Shown here in pieces: positions 8,864 to 18,406 of a stretch of DNA of 32,000 nucleotides. The notes beneath the pieces were generated by a model that ran no database searches, was not told where the DNA came from, and saw only the letters and a program-made list of their open reading frames with translations. The stretch comes from Vibrio cholerae ATCC 14035. GTDB lineage: Bacteria; Pseudomonadota; Gammaproteobacteria; Enterobacterales; Vibrionaceae. Position numbers and translations under genes: made by a program. Positions within the stretch are counted from its first letter, which is position 1; every line of letters starts with the position of its first letter. The stretch is taken from NCBI RefSeq assembly GCF_000621645.1, contig NZ_JHXR01000020.1, forward strand, positions 1-32,000. Direction: 5' to 3'.

Positions 8864-10606
8864 TTAAGCCGCGACCGCTTTGGCTTGTGCCGACTTTTTC
8901 AGCATAGCGTAGCCAAAACCGGTAATCGCCGTACCGACAGCAATCGCGACCAAGTACAGCAGCACCGGGCTTATCGCATTCGGGATCAAGAGCACAAACA
9001 GACCGCCGTGTGGCGCCATCAATTTCGCGCCAAATAGCATAGAGAGTGCGCCTGTCACGGCTCCACCGACCATACAAGCTGGGATCACTCGCATTGGATC
9101 TTTGGCGGCAAAAGGAATTGCACCTTCAGAGATAAAGCATAGGCCCAGAACAAAAGAGGCTTTTCCTGCTTCGCGCTCTCCCGCTTCAAACTTGTCTTTC
9201 GCGATAAAGGTTGCTAAGCCCATACCCAATGCTGGCACCATACCTGCCGCCATGATCGCGGCCATTGGCGCATAAGTTTGTGAGGCGAGTAAGCCGACGC
9301 CGAAGGTGTATGCGGCTTTGTTCACTGGCCCACCTAAGTCGAAACACATCATGGCCCCAAGCACAATACCGAGCAAAATCGCGTTGGTTGAACCCATGTT
9401 GTTTAGGAAGCTGGTCATACCGCTCATGATGCTCGACATGGGGCCGCCCACGACGTAAATCATCACTAATCCGGTAAATAAGCTGGCAATAAACGGGATG
9501 ATCAAAATCGGTTTTAGCGCGGCCATTGATTGAGGCAGTTGCACTTTATCGGCAATAAATTTGGCGCTGTAACCCGCGAGGAAACCTGCAACGATACCGC
9601 CAAGGAAACCGGCGCCCGTTGAGCTTGCGAGCATACCGCCAATTAAACCCGGAGCCAGTCCCGGACGATCGGCAATAGAAAATGCAATGTAGCCAGCAAG
9701 CACCGGAATCATCAGCGCAAATGCTGAACCTCCACCAATCTGCATTAAAGCAGCAGCTAAAGTGCCTTCTTCTTTGAATGCTTCAATACCAAATACGAAA
9801 GAGAGCGCGATGATAAGACCGCCAGCGACCACGACAGGCAGCATGTGCGATACGCCTGTCATCAAGTGTTTATACACGCCTTTTTTCTCTTCTGCTTTCT
9901 CGTTAGTCGCGCTGTTGGCAGAGCTTGAGAAAGTTTTTGCTTGCGCGAAGGCATTACTGAGCTCCTGCGCGGTTTTCTTCAACGCGAGGCCAGTACTGGT
10001 TTTATAGAGTTTTTTACCATTGAAGCGATCCAGAGGAACATCAATATCGGCCGCGATAATCACTAGATCGGCGGCAGCAATTTCTTGCTCTGTCAGTTGG
10101 TTTTTAGCACCGACAGAACCACGCGTTTCAACTTTGATCTGATGGCCTTGACGTGTCGCTTCCGCTTCTAGTGCTTCCGCTGCCATAAAGGTGTGTGCAA
10201 CCCCCGTTGGGCAAGCAGTAATGGCGACGATTTTTTTGGCAGAAACAGGCACTGTGGCGGGGGAGTCACAGCGTGTTGCCTGCTCGGAGCTGAGTTCAGT
10301 CGCTTGTTCTGCGGCTTGCTTAAGGTAACCGACGGGATCGGAAGTACAGGCGGTAATAGGGCTTTGGTAGACTTTTTTACCGACAAAACGCTGCATATCA
10401 ATCTCGCCGTTAGCGGCCAGTACGACCAGATCGGCTTTATTGATTTCCTCTTCGCTTAAGGTGTGGCCTGCAATCACTGTTGAGTGACATTCGATATAGG
10501 CTTCCCACTCTAACGTTTTACTGGCTTGCTGCAGTAAACCCGCCGCAATAATGCTATTGGCAACGCCACTTGGGCATGCGGTTACAATGGCTATTTTCAT
10601 CTTCAC
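8864..10606 (-). CDS. fruA: PTS fructose-specific EIIB'BC component
   Basis: Two IIB-like modules with cysteine loops (IVTACPSGVANS and ITACPTGVAHTF) are followed by a polytopic IIC membrane domain. It is the last gene of the fruB-fruK-fruA order. The track start at 10606 is GTG; an ATG at 10600 with better GAAGG spacing is an alternative. Confidence 0.93.
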   Translation of the reverse strand: MKMKIAIVTACPSGVANSIIAAGLLQQASKTLEWEAYIECHSTVIAGHTLSEEEINKADLVVLAANGEIDMQRFVGKKVYQSPITACTSDPVGYLKQAAEQATELSSEQATRCDSPATVPVSAKKIVAITACPTGVAHTFMAAEALEAEATRQGHQIKVETRGSVGAKNQLTEQEIAAADLVIIAADIDVPLDRFNGKKLYKTSTGLALKKTAQELSNAFAQAKTFSSSANSATNEKAEEKKGVYKHLMTGVSHMLPVVVAGGLIIALSFVFGIEAFKEEGTLAAALMQIGGGSAFALMIPVLAGYIAFSIADRPGLAPGLIGGMLASSTGAGFLGGIVAGFLAGYSAKFIADKVQLPQSMAALKPILIIPFIASLFTGLVMIYVVGGPMSSIMSGMTSFLNNMGSTNAILLGIVLGAMMCFDLGGPVNKAAYTFGVGLLASQTYAPMAAIMAAGMVPALGMGLATFIAKDKFEAGEREAGKASFVLGLCFISEGAIPFAAKDPMRVIPACMVGGAVTGALSMLFGAKLMAPHGGLFVLLIPNAISPVLLYLVAIAVGTAITGFGYAMLKKSAQAKAVAA

Positions 10607-10618
10607 GACCTTCTGTCC

Positions 10619-11572
10619 TTAGGCACTCATCGTAGGATGGAGTGCGGATACTTGAATTTGTTGTTGTAGGGTATTGAGTTGCTCCCAATCACCAAGACCA
10701 ACGCCGACTTGGGTTACCGCAAGTGCAGACAAGGCCGTTGCGAAACGGAGCAAAGATTCTTTTTCCATACGTTGCATATGTCCCCAGCATAGACCAGCAA
10801 CCAGCGTATCGCCTGCGCCGACTGTACTCACCACCTGCATTTTGGGTGGTTTTGCATGCAACCATTGGTTTTCGTGCAGCCACATCACGCCTTCGGCCCC
10901 CATCGAAATAACAATGTTTTCAATCTGTTTTTGAGCAAGTTCGGCGGCGGCTTGCTGGCAGTCGGTTAGGGTAGTCAGCTCGCGACCACACCATTGAGAA
11001 AGCTCTTCATCATTGGGTTTAATCAGCCAAGGTTTAGCATCCAATCCTGCCAACAGTGCATCGCGGCTGCTGTCAAACAGTACTTTTTTATTCATGCTGC
11101 GCAGTTGGGCAATCCACCCAGCACAGCGCTGTGGTGAGATACCTTGTGGCAAACTGCCCGCGAGCACGAAATAATCATGATCTTGTGCTAGACGCTGTAA
11201 GGTCGCTTCGAAAGCCTCAATATCCGCTTTCGTCACCTGAATACCGGGAAAATTGATGTCACTGACTGCGCCGTTTTGTTCAACCAGTTTGACGTTAATA
11301 CGCGTCGCTCCCACGATGCGAATAAACGCATCCTGTACGCCCAACTGCTCAAACAGTTGGCAGAAGAGTTCTTGATTATCTCGGCCAAGAAAGCCCGTAA
11401 CTGTCACTTGTGCGCCAAGTTCACTGAGTACTTTGGCAACGTTTACCCCTTTGCCCGCGGCATGCAGTGAACTTTGGCCAACTAAGCTGACTGAGCCAAC
11501 GTTAAGCTGGTTTACACTGCCCGTTAAATCGAGCGCTGGATTTAAGGTGATGGTGACCACTTTTTTTGTCAT
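10619..11572 (-). CDS. fruK: 1-phosphofructokinase (PfkB family)
   Basis: PfkB/ribokinase signatures are present (TLNPALD near the N-terminus, GAGDTLVAG near the C-terminus). It lies between fruB and fruA with 10-12 nt gaps. Confidence 0.93.
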   Translation of the reverse strand: MTKKVVTITLNPALDLTGSVNQLNVGSVSLVGQSSLHAAGKGVNVAKVLSELGAQVTVTGFLGRDNQELFCQLFEQLGVQDAFIRIVGATRINVKLVEQNGAVSDINFPGIQVTKADIEAFEATLQRLAQDHDYFVLAGSLPQGISPQRCAGWIAQLRSMNKKVLFDSSRDALLAGLDAKPWLIKPNDEELSQWCGRELTTLTDCQQAAAELAQKQIENIVISMGAEGVMWLHENQWLHAKPPKMQVVSTVGAGDTLVAGLCWGHMQRMEKESLLRFATALSALAVTQVGVGLGDWEQLNTLQQQIQVSALHPTMSA

Positions 11573-11582
11573 GTGATGCCCC

Positions 11583-12755
11583 TTAACCTTCGCCTAAGCC
11601 AGCATTGATCGCCCCGCCTAGCGCTTGCAGCGCGGCTTCTGCATCTGGGCCTTCTGCGGTGAACTGCAACTGATGATTGTGTTTTACGCCCAGCGCAATC
11701 ACTTTCATCAAGCTTTTGGCATTGACGACTTGACCATCGCCATCCAGGTTAGACACACGGATATTAGATTCAAACTTCTTGGCTTCGGCGACTAACATCG
11801 CACCGGGACGAGCGTGCAAACCATGGCTATTTTTAATGCGGAAAGTCGCCGTATGAGCGCGAGCAGAATCAGGCTCCGCCACCGTTTCTGCGGCTATCGT
11901 TTCCCCAGCTATTGTTTGCTCAGCGTTGCCGCTAAACAGATTAAGCAGTTGCTGAACATCGGCCTGCAAGAGTTGATCTTGTTTTTGCTCAAACACGCAC
12001 TGAGTAATGGTGTTAAGCAGAGGCTGATGGAGGTCATTACACACCGAAAACGCAATCAGCGCTTTCACCGCTTGTTGCTCATATTCACAATGGTTTGCCG
12101 TAGTGACGATCGACATCCCAGTCCGTTTTACTGCGCGATCGCTGGCTACTAACCACAAACCGCGTCCAAGATGAGTCGGTGCTTTAGTGACTAGGTCGGC
12201 AACAAATTCATTTTCTGCGCAGCCCGTGTTTTTCAACAATCCCCCCGCAACAGCGCTCATTTGCACCATATCACTGGCTGGAAACTGCAATTGGATCAAC
12301 GAAGCGTCAAAATCTGCGGTTAACTGGGCTTCACCTTTGATAATGGCAATGATTTGTTGCGCTGTTTTGGCTTGCTGGAGCGCTTGCTCAACGCCATCGG
12401 CAGACAGCACTCTGGTCAGCTGCTTTAGAATGCCCAAATGTTCATCCGATTTTGCGGCGATACCGATGGCCACATACACCAGATTACCGTCTCCCCAATC
12501 CAAACCTTGCGGGAAGTGCATGGCGGTGACACCTGTCTGTTTAACCAGTTCACGGGTATCGGTTGTGCCATGCGGAATCGCAATCCCATTACCGAGATAG
12601 GTGGAATGCTGTGCTTCGCGATTGAGCATACCTTGCGCATAGCCTTCTGCCACTAAGCCTTTCGCGGTCAACGCGTGAGCCAGTCCTTGAATCGCAGCTT
12701 GCTTATTCGCAAAGTTTTGCTGCAATTGAATATCTTGTGTAGTGAGTTCTAACAT
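11583..12755 (-). CDS. fruB: PTS fructose-specific EIIA/FPr (diphosphoryl transfer protein)
   Basis: It has an IIA(Fru) His loop (NGIAIPHGT), a central M domain and a C-terminal HPr-like FPr domain (IKNSHGLHARPGAMLV). The start is set at the ATG at 12755 (MLELTTQDI...), which is preceded by AGGAG. The 437-aa track ORF starting at 12896 is an upstream over-extension that would cover a Cra operator. Confidence 0.9.
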   Translation of the reverse strand: MLELTTQDIQLQQNFANKQAAIQGLAHALTAKGLVAEGYAQGMLNREAQHSTYLGNGIAIPHGTTDTRELVKQTGVTAMHFPQGLDWGDGNLVYVAIGIAAKSDEHLGILKQLTRVLSADGVEQALQQAKTAQQIIAIIKGEAQLTADFDASLIQLQFPASDMVQMSAVAGGLLKNTGCAENEFVADLVTKAPTHLGRGLWLVASDRAVKRTGMSIVTTANHCEYEQQAVKALIAFSVCNDLHQPLLNTITQCVFEQKQDQLLQADVQQLLNLFSGNAEQTIAGETIAAETVAEPDSARAHTATFRIKNSHGLHARPGAMLVAEAKKFESNIRVSNLDGDGQVVNAKSLMKVIALGVKHNHQLQFTAEGPDAEAALQALGGAINAGLGEG

Positions 12756-12856
12756 TCTTAACTCCTGTCTGCCTCTATAGGCGAGATGTGATGTATCGCT
12801 GCAGGTTTTCAGTTGAAGCAATACCTTGTCATTCATCCCGTCTCGTTTTCCTTTGA

Positions 12857-12872
12857 GCTGAATCGGTTCAGC
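12857..12872. promoter_or_regulatory. Cra/FruR operator (fruB-proximal)
   Basis: GCTGAATCGGTTCAGC is a near-perfect palindrome matching the Cra operator pattern GCTGAAnCGnTTCAGC. It lies about 100 bp upstream of the fruB start. Confidence 0.7.
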
Positions 12873-12983
12873 ACAAAGGGCAAAAAAATTCAGCAAAACC
12901 TCGAATACTCACGATCTTGCTGCTGGATACTCGACACAATCTGACCTTTGTAGTGGACGAGATTGTGAATCAACGGTACTTTT

Positions 12984-12999
12984 GCTGAATCCTTTCAGC
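12984..12999. promoter_or_regulatory. Cra/FruR operator (middle)
   Basis: GCTGAATCCTTTCAGC has the same outer arms (GCTGAA / TTCAGC) as the other two sites. Confidence 0.65.
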
Positions 13000-13005
13000 T
13001 TTAAT

Positions 13006-13021
13006 ACTGAATCGATTCAGC
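13006..13021. promoter_or_regulatory. Cra/FruR operator overlapping the putative fruR promoter spacer
   Basis: ACTGAATCGATTCAGC is followed immediately by a TATAAT hexamer at 13023-13028 on the + strand, with TTTAAT 17 nt upstream at 13000-13005. This suggests autoregulation of fruR. Confidence 0.7.
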
Positions 13022-13093
13022 GTATAATTCAACACCAGGCTAGGATCAAAAATCGCGTTCTATGATCAGACGCACATAAAACGAGACCCCCTT

Positions 13094-14074
13094 ATGACAC
13101 TGGATGAAATCGCGAAATTAGCTGGTGTATCGAAAACCACCGCCAGTTATGTGATCAACGGCAAGGCGCAGAAGTATCGGATCAGTGAGAAAACGCAGCA
13201 CAAAGTGATGGCTGTGGTGGAGCAGTATAATTTCCGGCCGGATCATGCCGCATCGGCATTGCGTGCAGGCAATAGCCGCTCGTTTGGTTTAATCATTCCG
13301 GATCTGGAAAACACCAGTTATGCGCGTTTGGCAAAATTACTTGAACAAAACTCGCGGCAAGCCGGCTACCAAATTTTGATCGCTTGTTCGGATGATGATC
13401 CACAAATTGAAATGGCAGCGGCTGAAGCCTTAGTCTCTCGCCGAATCGACGCTCTGTTTGTGGCGAGTGGAATTCCGAGTGCCAGCGAGTATTACCTCAA
13501 GCTGCAACAATCCGGAACGCCTGTGATTGCGATTGACCGTGCCTTGGATGATGAGTATTTCTCCTGCGTGATCAGTGAAGACTTTGGCGCGGCATTTGAG
13601 TTAACGCGTTCCGTGCTTACTCAGGATGTGCACAGCGTCGGTTTGGTTGGCGCTCTGCCCGAACTGAATGTGTCGCGTGAACGTGAACAAGGGTTTGCCA
13701 TGGCGGTTAAGCAGCGCGGTTTACCAACCACTCTAGGTTATGGTGAGCATTTTAACCGTGAAGAGGGGCGTAAAGTATTTGCCAAATGGGTGGCGAATGA
13801 TCAGTTGCCTGATGCGGTAGTGGCAACATCCTATACGCTCCTTGAAGGCATTCTTGATGTTTTGCTTGAGCAGCCAGAATTGATGCAAAAAGTTCGCTTA
13901 GCGACCTTTGGTGATAACCGCTTACTCGACTTTTTACCCATCCGAGTGAATTCTCTGCCTCAGCAATTTGAATTGATTGCCGATAGCGCATTAGCCTTGG
14001 CGCTGAACGCGTCGGCGAAACGTTATCAAACGGGGATCGAGCTCATTCCACGTCAGTTAAAGGTGCGCACTTAA
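13094..14074 (+). CDS. fruR: Fructose repressor / catabolite repressor-activator (LacI family)
   Basis: The N-terminal HTH, [34 protein letters not shown], is almost identical in pattern to E. coli Cra ([34 protein letters not shown]). [14 protein letters not shown] and [10 protein letters not shown] match the Cra effector domain. The gene is divergent from fruBKA. Confidence 0.93.
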   Translation: [326 protein letters not shown]

Positions 14075-14127
14075 ACAAAATAAAGGTATGATATGCGCCA
14101 GTTTTCGTTTCCTCCCACAGGCAAGGC

Positions 14128-15267
14128 ATGAAGTTTCTACATACTTCGGATTGGCATCTTGGTCGCCAATTTCATCAAGTCTCATTATTAGATGATCAAA
14201 GCGCCGTTCTCGCACAACTGATCGGCTTTCTGCGCGACAATCCGGTGGATGCCGTGATTGTCGCCGGTGATATTTATGATCGGTCGATTCCACCCACGGC
14301 GGCGATTGATTTATTGGATGAAGTGGTCAGCGTGATCTGTGGCGAGTTGAATACCCCTTTATTGATGATCCCGGGCAATCACGATGGTGCGAAGCGTTTA
14401 GGATTTGCCGCGAAGCAGATGAAAAATTCGGGCTTACATATCTTTGCTGATTTTGCACAGATGATGCAGCCACTTGTGCTGCATTCACCACAAGCGGGCG
14501 AGGTCGCCTTCTGGGGAATGCCTTATCACGACCCTGAGGTAGTGCGCCATTACTATCAGAATGACATCACCACGCATGACGCTGCACACCAATTTTTGTG
14601 CGAGAGTATTCTTGCTCAGTGCAATCCGTCACAACGTCACGTATTAATCAGCCACTGTTTTGTCGATGGCGCGATGGAGTCGGAATCTGAGCGGCCATTA
14701 TCGATTGGTGGATCAGATCGTGTTGACCATCGCCATTTTTTGCCTTTTGACTACGTCGCGCTTGGGCATTTACACCAGCCGCAAATGAAAGGCGCGGAAC
14801 ACATTCGCTACTCTGGCTCATTGATGAAATACAGCTTCGGTGAGCAGCACCAAAACAAAGGCGCTACCTTGGTAGAGCTGGGTCAGCAAGGTTTTATCAG
14901 CGCAACGCATATTCCTCTCACCGCGCCTCATCAAATGCGCATTATCGAGGGAGAGTTGGAGGCGATTCTTGCGGCGGGAGCCACCGACCCGCAGGCAGAC
15001 GATTACCTGCTAGTGCGTCTTCTGGATAAGCATGCCATTCTCGACCCGATGGAAAAGCTGCGTCAGGTTTATCCCAATGTGCTGCATCTTGAAAAGCCGG
15101 GCATGTTGATTGGTGTGGATCAAGAGATGGGCAAGGCACGATTGGCGCGAGGGGAATTGGATATGTTTCGTGATTTTTTCCTTGAGGCGAAACGTGAACC
15201 TCTGAGTGAGCAGCAAGAGAAAGTGGTGATCGAGGTGATTGCGCGCCTGAAAGCGGAGGGCATGTAA
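14128..15267 (+). CDS. sbcD: Exonuclease SbcD (Mre11-type nuclease subunit)
   Basis: Calcineurin-like phosphoesterase motifs are present in order: HTSDWHLG, VAGDIYDR, PGNHDG and LGHLHQ. The next gene, sbcC, starts 1 nt after this gene's stop codon. Confidence 0.93.
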   Translation: MKFLHTSDWHLGRQFHQVSLLDDQSAVLAQLIGFLRDNPVDAVIVAGDIYDRSIPPTAAIDLLDEVVSVICGELNTPLLMIPGNHDGAKRLGFAAKQMKNSGLHIFADFAQMMQPLVLHSPQAGEVAFWGMPYHDPEVVRHYYQNDITTHDAAHQFLCESILAQCNPSQRHVLISHCFVDGAMESESERPLSIGGSDRVDHRHFLPFDYVALGHLHQPQMKGAEHIRYSGSLMKYSFGEQHQNKGATLVELGQQGFISATHIPLTAPHQMRIIEGELEAILAAGATDPQADDYLLVRLLDKHAILDPMEKLRQVYPNVLHLEKPGMLIGVDQEMGKARLARGELDMFRDFFLEAKREPLSEQQEKVVIEVIARLKAEGM

Positions 15268-15268
15268 C

Positions 15269-18200
15269 ATGCGTCCGTTAAAACTTATCCTCCAAGCTTT
15301 CGGCCCTTTTGTTGGACGAGAAGAGATTGACTTTACGAAGTTGGGTGATGCTCCACTGTTTTTGATCAATGGGGCAACGGGAGCCGGAAAAAGCTCGATT
15401 CTGGATGCGATTTGCTACGCCTTGTATGGCGAAACCACGGGCAGTGAGCGTACTGGCGACCAAATGCGCTGCGATTATGCGGATCCTGAGTCTCTCACCG
15501 AAGTCAGTTTTGAGTTTGAGCTGGCCGGGGCGCGTTATCAAATCACCCGTCAGCCCGATCAAGAGATCCCGAAAAAACGGGGTGAAGGGATGACGAAGAA
15601 ATCCCATTCCGCTACTTTGGTTGCACTGAAAGCGGATGGAAACGAGCTGATTGCCAACAAGCCCAATCCTGTCGCGAAGGCGGTGATCGAATTGATGGGA
15701 CTTGATGTTAAGCAATTTCGCCAAGTCATGGTGTTGCCTCAAGGCAAGTTTCGTGAGCTTTTAACCGCCAATTCAAAAGAGCGTGAGCAGATTTTTGGTC
15801 AGCTCTTTCAAACCCAGCTCTACAGCCAAATTGAACGGGCGCTGTTTGAGCGCGCCGCGGGTATTCGTAAAGAGAAAGAAGAGTTTGATCAGCAGATCAA
15901 AGGTACGTTAAGTGTCGTCGGACTGGAAAGTGAAGAGCAGTTACAAACCGAGTTGACCGAACTGGCCCCAGTATTAACCCATGCGCAATCACAACTCAAA
16001 GCTGAGCAACAGCAGTGGGATGAAACAAAAGCGCACTATCAAGCTGCGCTTGAGTTAGAACAACAATTTATCCGCAAGCAGCAATTGGTGGTAGAAATCG
16101 CCACTCACCAAGAGCAGGCTTCGCACATCGAAATGCTGCGCCAGCAACGCCAGCAAGCCCAAAAAGCAGCGCGTTTAACCGCCGTCCATCAACAGTGGCA
16201 CCAAGCTCAAAAAAACCTACTGCAAGCTAAGCTTAAGGTTGAGCAGCAGCAGACTCTGTTGCAACAGGCGAAAGCTCAGCAGCAACAGGCTCAACAGGTC
16301 AGTCAGCAAGCCAGTTTAGCCTGTGAAGAAGTACCAAAATTAAACGAGCAACGCATCACGTGGCAGCGTGCTGAGCAAAAATTGCTGGCACAAGAAAATG
16401 TTCAGCAAGCGGTGGCCAAGGCTGAGCGTGAACTGCAACTGGCGACACAAAATGCGCTTAATTTGCAGCATGCGAGCGAAAAGCTAGAGCAAGAGCTACA
16501 AAACCAACGACTCGAATGGGAACAGCAACAGCGCCAATTAACGCGCTTAGAAGTTCAAAAAGCGCGAATGAATCAGTTGGTGCAGCAAGTTCAGGCTCGC
16601 GAGCGAGAACAATCCCTACTCAATGAATTACAAACTGCTCAACAAGCTTTATTGCGCTTTGAGCAGCAACATCGGCACATCCAAACTCAGGCCGAACAAG
16701 CGAAACTGACCGCGGATAAACTGGAGTTTGCATGGCATACCCAGAGGGCTGCGGAGCTTGCTCTTGCACTCACACAAAATGAACCTTGTCCGGTATGCGG
16801 CAGTTTAGAGCATCCCAATAAAGCGCAATATTCGGGTGACGTTGTCACCAAGGTTCAGGTTGAAAAAGCCAGACAGCAGCAACAAGATTGGGTGCAGCGT
16901 CAGCAAGAGGCATTCCATGCTTGGCAGCAACAAGGGTTTAAAACCGAGCAGATAGCGCAAAATCTCACGACTTTATCGAGTGAGCTAACTTTGCAGCAAG
17001 TGGCGTTATTGAACGAGCTCATTGAACAGCAACAAATACTGCACAGTGATATTGCTGCGCTACAACAGCTTAATCCTGATTTGCTGAAACGGCAGATTGA
17101 AGAGGGGGAGCAGCGGTTAGCGCACACCAAAATGACGCTCGAAAAACAGAATCAAAACCAGCAACAAGCTTGGCAGACTTTGGCTCAGTTACAGGCGGAA
17201 TTGGCAAGTTTGCGCCAAGAAATCCCGCCGGAGCTGTCCAATCTTGATACTTTACGAAGCGCGATCGGGCGTGTGCAGAACCAAATAGAAATCTTACAAA
17301 AAGCGGAACATACGGCTCGTGAACAGTGGGTGCAGGCGCAAAAGCAGTTTGCCAGTGTGCAGGCCGCTCATCAGGCGGCGATTGAAGCGCACCGTGAGTC
17401 TCAGCGTCAGCAGGAGGAAACCACAAGCGCATGGCAGCAAGGGTTACTCCATTCTGGATTTAACGATGAGTCCGCCTATCTTGCCGCTCGTTTAACCGAT
17501 GAGGCTATCGGCAATATCGAGCGCCAAATCGCCCAGTATGAAGAGCGCAGTGCGATGCTCAGTGGCGAACAGCAAGCCTTATCACGTAAATTAGCAGAGA
17601 AAAATCGCCCAGAGCTGGAACCACTTCTTGTCAAAGTAACTCAAGCTGAAGAAAAAATGGAACTGGCGTTGCAGGCGTTTACGCAACATCAATCGCGGAT
17701 GGATGGATTGCAACGTGTCGCCAAGCAACTGGCGGATCTTTACCAGAAAAATCGTGCATTAGAAGCCGAATATCAGGTCGTGGGTACCTTAAGTGATATT
17801 GCGAATGGCAAAACGGGCGCTAAAGTCAGCTTACATCGCTTTGTGCTTGGTGTTTTGCTGGATGATGTCTTGTTACAAGCTTCTCAACGACTGATGAAAA
17901 TGAGCCGAGGCCGCTATTTACTCAAACGTAAAGAGGAACGCGCTAAAGGTAATGTAGGCTCAGGGCTGGATTTGATGGTCGAAGATAGCTACAGCGGTAA
18001 ATGGCGTGATGTGGCAACCTTGTCCGGTGGTGAATCGTTCATGGCCGCCTTATCGCTTGCGCTTGGTTTATCCGATGTGGTTCAGGCTTACAGTGGTGGT
18101 ATCCGTCTTGATACTCTGTTTATTGATGAAGGTTTTGGTAGTTTGGATCCGGAATCTTTAGATTTAGCGATCCAAACCCTAATCGATCTTCAGCAAGGTG

Positions 18201-18310
18201 GTCGAACGATAGGGATCATCTCTCATGTTACCGAGCTGAAAGAGCAGATCGGTCTAAGATTGGATGTGTTGGCGACAAGAATGGGTAGCACGCTGCGTTT
18301 AATCACATAA
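15269..18310 (+). CDS. sbcC: Exonuclease SbcC (Rad50-type SMC-like ATPase)
   Basis: It has Walker A (NGATGAGKSS), a very long Gln-rich coiled coil with a central zinc hook (CPVCGSLEHP), the signature motif LSGGESF and Walker B (LFIDEGFGSLD). Confidence 0.93.
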   Translation: MRPLKLILQAFGPFVGREEIDFTKLGDAPLFLINGATGAGKSSILDAICYALYGETTGSERTGDQMRCDYADPESLTEVSFEFELAGARYQITRQPDQEIPKKRGEGMTKKSHSATLVALKADGNELIANKPNPVAKAVIELMGLDVKQFRQVMVLPQGKFRELLTANSKEREQIFGQLFQTQLYSQIERALFERAAGIRKEKEEFDQQIKGTLSVVGLESEEQLQTELTELAPVLTHAQSQLKAEQQQWDETKAHYQAALELEQQFIRKQQLVVEIATHQEQASHIEMLRQQRQQAQKAARLTAVHQQWHQAQKNLLQAKLKVEQQQTLLQQAKAQQQQAQQVSQQASLACEEVPKLNEQRITWQRAEQKLLAQENVQQAVAKAERELQLATQNALNLQHASEKLEQELQNQRLEWEQQQRQLTRLEVQKARMNQLVQQVQAREREQSLLNELQTAQQALLRFEQQHRHIQTQAEQAKLTADKLEFAWHTQRAAELALALTQNEPCPVCGSLEHPNKAQYSGDVVTKVQVEKARQQQQDWVQRQQEAFHAWQQQGFKTEQIAQNLTTLSSELTLQQVALLNELIEQQQILHSDIAALQQLNPDLLKRQIEEGEQRLAHTKMTLEKQNQNQQQAWQTLAQLQAELASLRQEIPPELSNLDTLRSAIGRVQNQIEILQKAEHTAREQWVQAQKQFASVQAAHQAAIEAHRESQRQQEETTSAWQQGLLHSGFNDESAYLAARLTDEAIGNIERQIAQYEERSAMLSGEQQALSRKLAEKNRPELEPLLVKVTQAEEKMELALQAFTQHQSRMDGLQRVAKQLADLYQKNRALEAEYQVVGTLSDIANGKTGAKVSLHRFVLGVLLDDVLLQASQRLMKMSRGRYLLKRKEERAKGNVGSGLDLMVEDSYSGKWRDVATLSGGESFMAALSLALGLSDVVQAYSGGIRLDTLFIDEGFGSLDPESLDLAIQTLIDLQQGGRTIGIISHVTELKEQIGLRLDVLATRMGSTLRLIT

Positions 18311-18406
18311 GATAAAAGATAGGGGTTTGATGGTTATCACTGACCTCTAGCTAGCGAAACGGTAAAGTATGTGCATGTTGATGATTAGCAAGAGAATGCA
18401 ACGGTA

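Noticed and set aside
12756-12896. 5' extension of the fruB ORF (the track gives 437 aa starting at 12896)
   Set aside because: The extension (MLNFFALCAEPIQLKGKRDG...) has no similarity to FruB. The internal ATG at 12755 has an AGGAG RBS and begins the conserved IIA domain. The extension would also overlap the Cra operator at 12857-12872.
13061-13076. CRP-like site TATGATCAGACGCACA just upstream of the fruR start codon
   Set aside because: It has one mismatch in each half-site and lies only 18 bp from the start codon, downstream of the likely promoter. This is an implausible position for activation.
15900-17500. Highly repetitive Gln/Ala/Glu-rich sequence that looks like a nucleotide repeat array
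   Set aside because: It is the coiled-coil arm of SbcC, interrupted by the CPVC zinc hook. It is in frame and typical of Rad50/SbcC proteins, not a CRISPR or satellite repeat.
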